A stretch of 32,000 bases of DNA from an uncultured archaeon (GTDB lineage: Archaea; Asgardarchaeota; Thorarchaeia; Thorarchaeales; CAZPUN01): positions 60,001-92,000 of the forward strand of contig CAZPUN010000023.1 of assembly GCA_964589775.1 (NCBI GenBank), in the 5' to 3' direction. The position numbers were made by a program, and so were the translations under genes. Under the pieces are notes generated by a model. It did not search any database. It was not told where the DNA came from and saw only the letters and a program-made list of their open reading frames with translations. Of this stretch, positions 26,730-32,000 are shown one piece after another; the stretch's first letter is position 1, and every line of letters starts with the position of its first letter.

Positions 26730-28042
26730 TGCGAATAACTTCGTATATTCTTAGATTTCTTTCAATTGGCTTATATGGATACATGATGTACACAATCTAT
26801 CGCTTAATAAATCCTGAAATTTGGAACTTATCATCGCCCTATTTGTTTTTTGTAAACGTTTTTCATTTATTCAGCTATTTTATGCTATTCTTGGCGGGAG
26901 TATTTGCTTATCAAATCGGAGTTGGCCTATCATCTATGACTGGCAGTGCATTAGGTTCTGATCAACTTTTATTAGGTCTTCTACGAGATATTTACGGTAA
27001 ATTATGGTATCTCACTCCTCTTCCAAACTTTGCATCATTTGATGAATTCTTTGCATATATCTTTCAAAAATCCCTTGAATCTATAGATTTGATAAAGTAT
27101 TTTGCAGTATTTTTCGCAGCTGCAGTTTCCGTGCTTTCCGTTATATTTTTCTTTTTCACTTCAAATTCTAGATATGCAAATATTTCATTTTTTGGTGCGC
27201 AAGGCGCATTAATTCTAAGTACATATTTCGGATACTCATCATTTGGTGAAACATCATATCCTTATTCCGCATTGGCATTCCTGTTTTCACAATTGTTCTT
27301 ATTATCTATTGCATCTTTTGGATTCTTGGAAATTAGCTATCAAGCTTCATATGCACATCTTGTTGGGGAGCCTGTTTTAGAACGTAAGAAGAAGATTGAA
27401 AAGCAACTTCAAACTCTTGATGCTGAAGCCAGACGACTTGAGCGCAAAAGTGAGGAACTTGCATCTGGAAAATCATCAGCTCGTGTATTAAGAACTGAAT
27501 CTGGAACAATTGGTACATTTATTCGTGAAGCAATGGAACGTTCTCAAGTTAAAAAAGAAATGTTAAGAACTTTGGATGCAATCGGTGACGTCCGCAGATT
27601 GCAAGCTTATGTTGATAACTTGTTTAATAGTGACAAAGAAGCTAAAGAATTATTAACAGCAACTGCCTCTGCCCCCTCAGAAGGCTATGTTGCATTATCA
27701 ACTTTCTTAGGCACTATTATGCGATTTATCGGTGTTAGTCTATTAGTATATATAGCTGTGACACCACATCTTGTATTATCTTTGATATCTAAATTAACAC
27801 CTCTTGCAGAAAGTGCTGAAGCTTCACAGCCTGAAATCTTGTTGATCATCATGGTTCCATTAGTCCTAACAATACCCTTCATAGCGTTTGTTATCGGACA
27901 AATATATGGTGAAGAAGTTTCTGAAGAAGAGCTCAAAAAGAAATCACACGGTAAAATAAAGAAGCGAATTAAAAAGAAAGTACCCCTTAAGAAAGTACCA
28001 AAGAAACTTAAAAAGTCCGTGAAATCTTCATCAACTACCTAA
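26729..28042 (+). CDS. Hypothetical polytopic membrane protein with central coiled coil and Lys-rich tail
   Basis: TAATG coupling to the DUF58 gene; about 7 hydrophobic segments; charged helical insert; tail KKKSHGKIKKRIKKK. Confidence 0.75.
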   Translation: MRITSYILRFLSIGLYGYMMYTIYRLINPEIWNLSSPYLFFVNVFHLFSYFMLFLAGVFAYQIGVGLSSMTGSALGSDQLLLGLLRDIYGKLWYLTPLPNFASFDEFFAYIFQKSLESIDLIKYFAVFFAAAVSVLSVIFFFFTSNSRYANISFFGAQGALILSTYFGYSSFGETSYPYSALAFLFSQLFLLSIASFGFLEISYQASYAHLVGEPVLERKKKIEKQLQTLDAEARRLERKSEELASGKSSARVLRTESGTIGTFIREAMERSQVKKEMLRTLDAIGDVRRLQAYVDNLFNSDKEAKELLTATASAPSEGYVALSTFLGTIMRFIGVSLLVYIAVTPHLVLSLISKLTPLAESAEASQPEILLIIMVPLVLTIPFIAFVIGQIYGEEVSEEELKKKSHGKIKKRIKKKVPLKKVPKKLKKSVKSSSTT

Positions 28043-29829
28043 AACATTATCATTATGGCTTGCGATAGCATGATTATTGCAATTATGATACCTTCACCTG
28101 CGACAATTCCACTCATAATTCTTTCTGTTTTCTCTCTTCTTTTGATTTCGAATTCTGTATTATTTCTCACTTGGGTCTTATAATCAACAATTCCCCCAAT
28201 GAGCATAATCATCGCGTATGCGGGAGGAACTAACAGTCCTACTGCAAGACTCATTGCGCTCCATCCCCTTTTATCGAGTTCCCTAGCAATAAGCCCTGAA
28301 ATAACACCAAATAAGATCAAATACCATATCGGATGATTTTCCATTCCGGGTAGTCTCATATCTCGTAGTTCTTGTAAGCTTTTAATCATAAAGCCTAAGA
28401 GCTGAGCTGCAGGTGATGGAAAATCCGTTGTACCAAAGCCATATTCTCGTAAAATCATATGGATTAGTAAACTACCTACAATACTTCCAGTAATTATTCC
28501 AATTAATGTTGCCTTGAAAATATCTCTACCTCGAACGCGTGTTAATGTTCCTAATTTCAGTTGACCTAGTAATGCAATTGCAGCATCTTGAAGACCACCC
28601 AATGTTGTCATAAATATTACTATTCCTTGGAATGTTACATGAAAGAATAATATTGCAGGTATTGAAACCGCATCGGATATATATCCTGCAATGATTCCAG
28701 TTTCACTCATTGATTTTGCAGTAAAGTGAGCTGAAACTAAAGCTAGTGGCGAACCAAATAAAATCAATAGCCATGGGATTTCAAGTCCAGGAAATGGTTT
28801 TATGAATGAATACAATAGCATACTTATTACAGTATAAATCGCTAATGATACAAGCGGGATCCAATTGGGGAGTCTCCCTTGTCTCCTTCTTAGGTATCCT
28901 CGTGGATCTGTAAGTATTTCATGTATTTCTTGCATAATTAATTCTTTTGTATATGCTTCTACAACTTTGATTTTTTGTTCTTGTTCTTCTTCTTTATCGT
29001 CTTTAGGTTGTGATTTGTCTTTTCGTGGTAGTTTTACATCCTTTAGCATTACAGCTATGAGAACGCCTAATGCACTGTACAATATTTCTGGTCTTTCCAA
29101 ATGTGCATTAAATGGTACTAAAGGCATTCCTTCTACAAGGAACCAAATAAACATCGAGTATACTGCTCCAAGTACCATGATAAATGTTCTTTTCCAGCCT
29201 GCAAAAAACCCTATAGCACCCATCATGGGACTTGTGGAAAATCCAATCCAATCCGGTACTGATTGAACAATTGCATTCGGTATTGATTCGATTCTGTGAT
29301 GATAGTATTGTTCTGCGAATTTTAAGCCCGCGTTATATGCTCCTGAAGCCGACAGTCCAATCAATACATCCCCTTTTGCATGTCGATCTGAACCAAGTGT
29401 GTTAATCATTTTAGCTTGGGGCGCAATTGTGGGCCATGGATCATTTTCAAATTGTTTTCTAAGTGGTAGCAGCATTAAGATTCCTAAAATTCCAGGTATA
29501 AATATAACCGATGCAATTAAGGGCATTGTTAATATTTCAAGAGCTAGAGCCTTTCCCGGGCTGGTATCAAAAATATATAGCGCTGGAAATGCAACTAAAA
29601 CCCCAACGGTTAACAACGCGGATCCTGATGCAATTGAAACAACTATTGTATTTTCTTTAGGACTATATTTTCCTATTGCGCTTAGTATTATAAAGCCAAC
29701 AAGTTCGACTCCTGCCATAAACATTAATCCTGTTTTAAGAGACATGTAGATTCCTAAAAATGTATACAGAATTGCCACAAATATGCCGATTATTATTGTT
29801 TTTGCATTTATCGGTGATTTCTCTGGCAC
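28039..29829 (-). CDS. OPT/YSL-family oligopeptide transporter
   Basis: Y.SLKTG, KEN.IV..IAS, PLRKQ....WP, FPSPAAQ, SGIVAGEG; many TM helices. GTG start after GGAGGA. Confidence 0.82.
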   Translation of the reverse strand: MPEKSPINAKTIIIGIFVAILYTFLGIYMSLKTGLMFMAGVELVGFIILSAIGKYSPKENTIVVSIASGSALLTVGVLVAFPALYIFDTSPGKALALEILTMPLIASVIFIPGILGILMLLPLRKQFENDPWPTIAPQAKMINTLGSDRHAKGDVLIGLSASGAYNAGLKFAEQYYHHRIESIPNAIVQSVPDWIGFSTSPMMGAIGFFAGWKRTFIMVLGAVYSMFIWFLVEGMPLVPFNAHLERPEILYSALGVLIAVMLKDVKLPRKDKSQPKDDKEEEQEQKIKVVEAYTKELIMQEIHEILTDPRGYLRRRQGRLPNWIPLVSLAIYTVISMLLYSFIKPFPGLEIPWLLILFGSPLALVSAHFTAKSMSETGIIAGYISDAVSIPAILFFHVTFQGIVIFMTTLGGLQDAAIALLGQLKLGTLTRVRGRDIFKATLIGIITGSIVGSLLIHMILREYGFGTTDFPSPAAQLLGFMIKSLQELRDMRLPGMENHPIWYLILFGVISGLIARELDKRGWSAMSLAVGLLVPPAYAMIMLIGGIVDYKTQVRNNTEFEIKRREKTERIMSGIVAGEGIIIAIIMLSQAIMIMF

Positions 29830-30025
29830 GTAGTTGTCCTCCGCGTGTCTATGGGGTTAAAGATTTTTATTATATGACGAAAATGATTAAATCACATCTT
29901 TTAATAATTTTGGCATTGACTTTTTTTATTTAATTTGTAAGATCAATTTATGATTTTATCTGTCATCGTTTAGTCTTAAATGGGAATATTTATTGGCTAT
30001 CAAGTAACAAAATTTTACGATTAGA

Positions 30026-30532
30026 ATGAGATTTAGGCGAAAAAGTCCCGAGGATGAAGAATTTCAGCTTGGTGCCGTTGCGTTATCAAAAAAAGATTCA
30101 GCCAAGGCTGCGCGACATTTTAGAAAGGCATTATCCATAAATCCCAATCATGTTGATTCATTGGTTGGATTAGGAATTGCATTATCAACTATGAATGCAC
30201 AACCTGACATTGAAGCGTTGCAGAGATCTATTGAAGAGTTTGATAAGGCCCTTGCTATAAAAAAGAAAAATCCCATTGCATGGTATAATCGAGGGCTATC
30301 TTTCTTTAAAATGGGAAAATTCGAGAAAGCAATAGAAAGCTTTAGAATGGCTTTAAAATACAATCAAAAGTTCTCTATCGTATGGGCTTATCTAGGTGAA
30401 GCATATTATCACGTCGGAAACTACGACGAAGCGTCATTTTGTGCATCTCGTGCTATAAAATTAAATCCAACACTTACTGAAAAAGTTTCAAGTTGGTATA
30501 CTGAGATGCAGAAAAAAATTAATAAAGAATAA
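30026..30532 (+). CDS. Tetratricopeptide repeat protein
   Basis: About four TPR-like units (FRKALSINP, AWYNRG, WAYLG..Y, AIKLNP). Confidence 0.88.
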   Translation: MRFRRKSPEDEEFQLGAVALSKKDSAKAARHFRKALSINPNHVDSLVGLGIALSTMNAQPDIEALQRSIEEFDKALAIKKKNPIAWYNRGLSFFKMGKFEKAIESFRMALKYNQKFSIVWAYLGEAYYHVGNYDEASFCASRAIKLNPTLTEKVSSWYTEMQKKINKE

Positions 30533-30600
30533 ACCTATCAAAAGCTTTAAATTCAATCATATAAAAAATCATCATGTCACTTTTATATTTGGTGAGTATC

Positions 30601-31008
30601 ATGTCAAGGCGTTTCATAGGCTATCGTGGATATTCATTTGAAGAATTATCCAAAATGTCAATGGAAGAATTTATAGAACTACTTCCATCCAAGAGGAGAA
30701 GAGCACTAAGCAGAGGACTTACTCATCAGCAAAAGAAGCTCCTTCAGAAAGTTAGAGCTGCAAAGCGTGCTCTCAAAGAAGGTAAGACTGTAACCATTAG
30801 AACACACGCCCGTGACATGACAATTTTACCTGAAATGGTTGGATTGACAATTGGTGTATATAACGGAAAGCAATTTATCGACGTTAAGATCCAGCCAAGT
30901 ATGATTGGACATGTACTTGGAGAATTTGCATCTCCAATGAAGCGTGTTATACACGGAGATCCCGGTATCGGTGCTACAAAGTCAAGTGCTTATGTACCAC
31001 TCAAATAG
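30601..31008 (+). CDS. rps19p: 30S ribosomal protein uS19 (archaeal S19P / eukaryotic S15 type)
   Basis: [51 protein letters not shown] 30601 follows GGTGA. Confidence 0.95.
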   Translation: MSRRFIGYRGYSFEELSKMSMEEFIELLPSKRRRALSRGLTHQQKKLLQKVRAAKRALKEGKTVTIRTHARDMTILPEMVGLTIGVYNGKQFIDVKIQPSMIGHVLGEFASPMKRVIHGDPGIGATKSSAYVPLK

Positions 31009-31040
31009 AATGGACATCTATCCATTCTTTTCTTCTCTTC
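31007..31040 (+). terminator. Hairpin AGAATGGA-CATCTA-TCCATTCT plus pyrimidine tract
   Basis: 8-bp inverted repeat overlapping the uS19 stop, followed by a T/C-rich run. Confidence 0.5.
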
Positions 31041-31076
31041 TTGGAATTCTATTTTTAAAAAATAAAAAAAAATGAT

Positions 31077-32000
31077 TTATAGTGTATTTAATGCCTCTTT
31101 ATACAAGTTCTCGCCGAAATCACAGAGTTCTTTTGCTTTATCTTGTGATGTTGATTCTGCAAAAATTCTAAAAATAGGTTCTGTTCCCGACGGTCTGATT
31201 AGTACCCATCCTTCATCTTTGTATATTTTTATCCCATCAATTGTAACCGTACGGTAATCTTTAGTTTTTTCTTTTAATATTTCTAGGACTTTTATTTTCA
31301 TATCATTTGGACATTCTACACGCTTCTTATAATTGTAATATTTCGGTAGTTCTGATATAATTTCTGATAACGTTTTCTCTCGTTCGGATATTATGTTTGC
31401 AATGAATGCTGTGGTCATTGCGCCATCTCGTACGGGTTGATGTTGTGGAAGGAACACGCCTCCGTTCTCTTCTCCACCCACTATTGCGTGTGTTTGTAGT
31501 ATTGCTCTTGATACATTAATGCTCCCTACTTTTGTCCAATGAATTTTCGCATTATGTTTCTGGGAAATTTCTTCTATTAATTTGCCACTACTTACTGGAG
31601 TTACTAAGATTTCACCATTTGTACCTTCTAATATATAATCTGCAATCATTGCAAAAGACTTATCACCCCAAATGTAATTGCCCTTCTCATCTATGAAAAT
31701 GGCTCGATCTGCATCTCCGTCGTGAGCGACTCCAAAATCTGCACCAGTTGCCTTTACGCTTCTAATAAGGTCTTGCAAATGTTCAGGAGTTGGCTCTGGA
31801 TTTCGTCCGGGAAATGTTCCATCCAAATGACTGTTTATTGTAATGACTGTAGCTCCTAATTTTCTCATTACATATGGTGTGACTAACGATCCTACACTAT
31901 TGCTACAATCTATGACAACTTTTAGCTTACGTTTTCTAATCTTTTCAACATCTACATTTTCTAAAATTCCCTCAATATATACGGCATTTGCATTTTTATC
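31077..32000 (-). CDS. glmM: Archaeal phosphohexomutase (phosphoglucosamine mutase / PMM-PGM), 5' truncated
   Basis: Frame open to the window end (..KLKVVIDCSNSVGS..); FPGRNPEP, DGDADR, GEENGG, RDG, RPSGTEP. Substrate specificity uncertain. Confidence 0.85.
   Translation of the reverse strand, partial: DKNANAVYIEGILENVDVEKIRKRKLKVVIDCSNSVGSLVTPYVMRKLGATVITINSHLDGTFPGRNPEPTPEHLQDLIRSVKATGADFGVAHDGDADRAIFIDEKGNYIWGDKSFAMIADYILEGTNGEILVTPVSSGKLIEEISQKHNAKIHWTKVGSINVSRAILQTHAIVGGEENGGVFLPQHQPVRDGAMTTAFIANIISEREKTLSEIISELPKYYNYKKRVECPNDMKIKVLEILKEKTKDYRTVTIDGIKIYKDEGWVLIRPSGTEPIFRIFAESTSQDKAKELCDFGENLYKEALNTL

Noticed and set aside
29884-29894. Palindrome TGATT-A-AATCA in the OPT/TPR divergent region
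   Set aside because: Short and AT-rich with no second copy noticed; expected by chance.
321-31257. Many short ORFs (60-140 aa) antisense to or overlapping long genes
   Set aside because: They shadow well-supported CDSs, lack recognisable motifs and reflect codon bias on the opposite strand.
1-32000. tRNA, rRNA, IS elements, prophage
   Set aside because: Intergenic gaps are short and AT-rich; no cloverleaf, transposase, integrase or terminal repeats were seen by eye.

Overview
AT-rich, gene-dense archaeal window. It is most likely from an Asgard archaeon, inferred from an adjacent pair of ESCRT-III genes of the two eukaryote-like classes (Vps2/24/46 and Vps20/32/60) plus archaeal-type uS19 and phosphohexomutase. 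Order: 3' end of a NuoL-M-N/Mrp antiporter-like operon; GT4; FGGY kinase; LarA-family protein; orphan AtpZ-like gene; 4-TM protein; wecB; a 510-aa Zn-finger/coiled-coil/PH(GRAM/GLUE-like)/steadiness-box-like protein overlapping tail-to-tail with the ESCRT-III pair; three unknown membrane proteins; sucDC behind an Lrp/AsnC regulator; a five-gene MoxR operon (1852-aa transglutaminase-like surface protein with Cys->Asp and ~12 Ig-like repeats, DUF4350-like, MoxR, DUF58/vWA, membrane protein); OPT transporter; TPR protein; a stand-alone uS19; partial phosphohexomutase. The best candidates for undescribed biology are the compact non-canonical ESCRT locus (9641-12393) and the pseudo-transglutaminase/MoxR surface system (17473-28042). 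No tRNA, rRNA, CRISPR array or mobile element was recognised. All family calls are from motif recognition by eye, not database searches.
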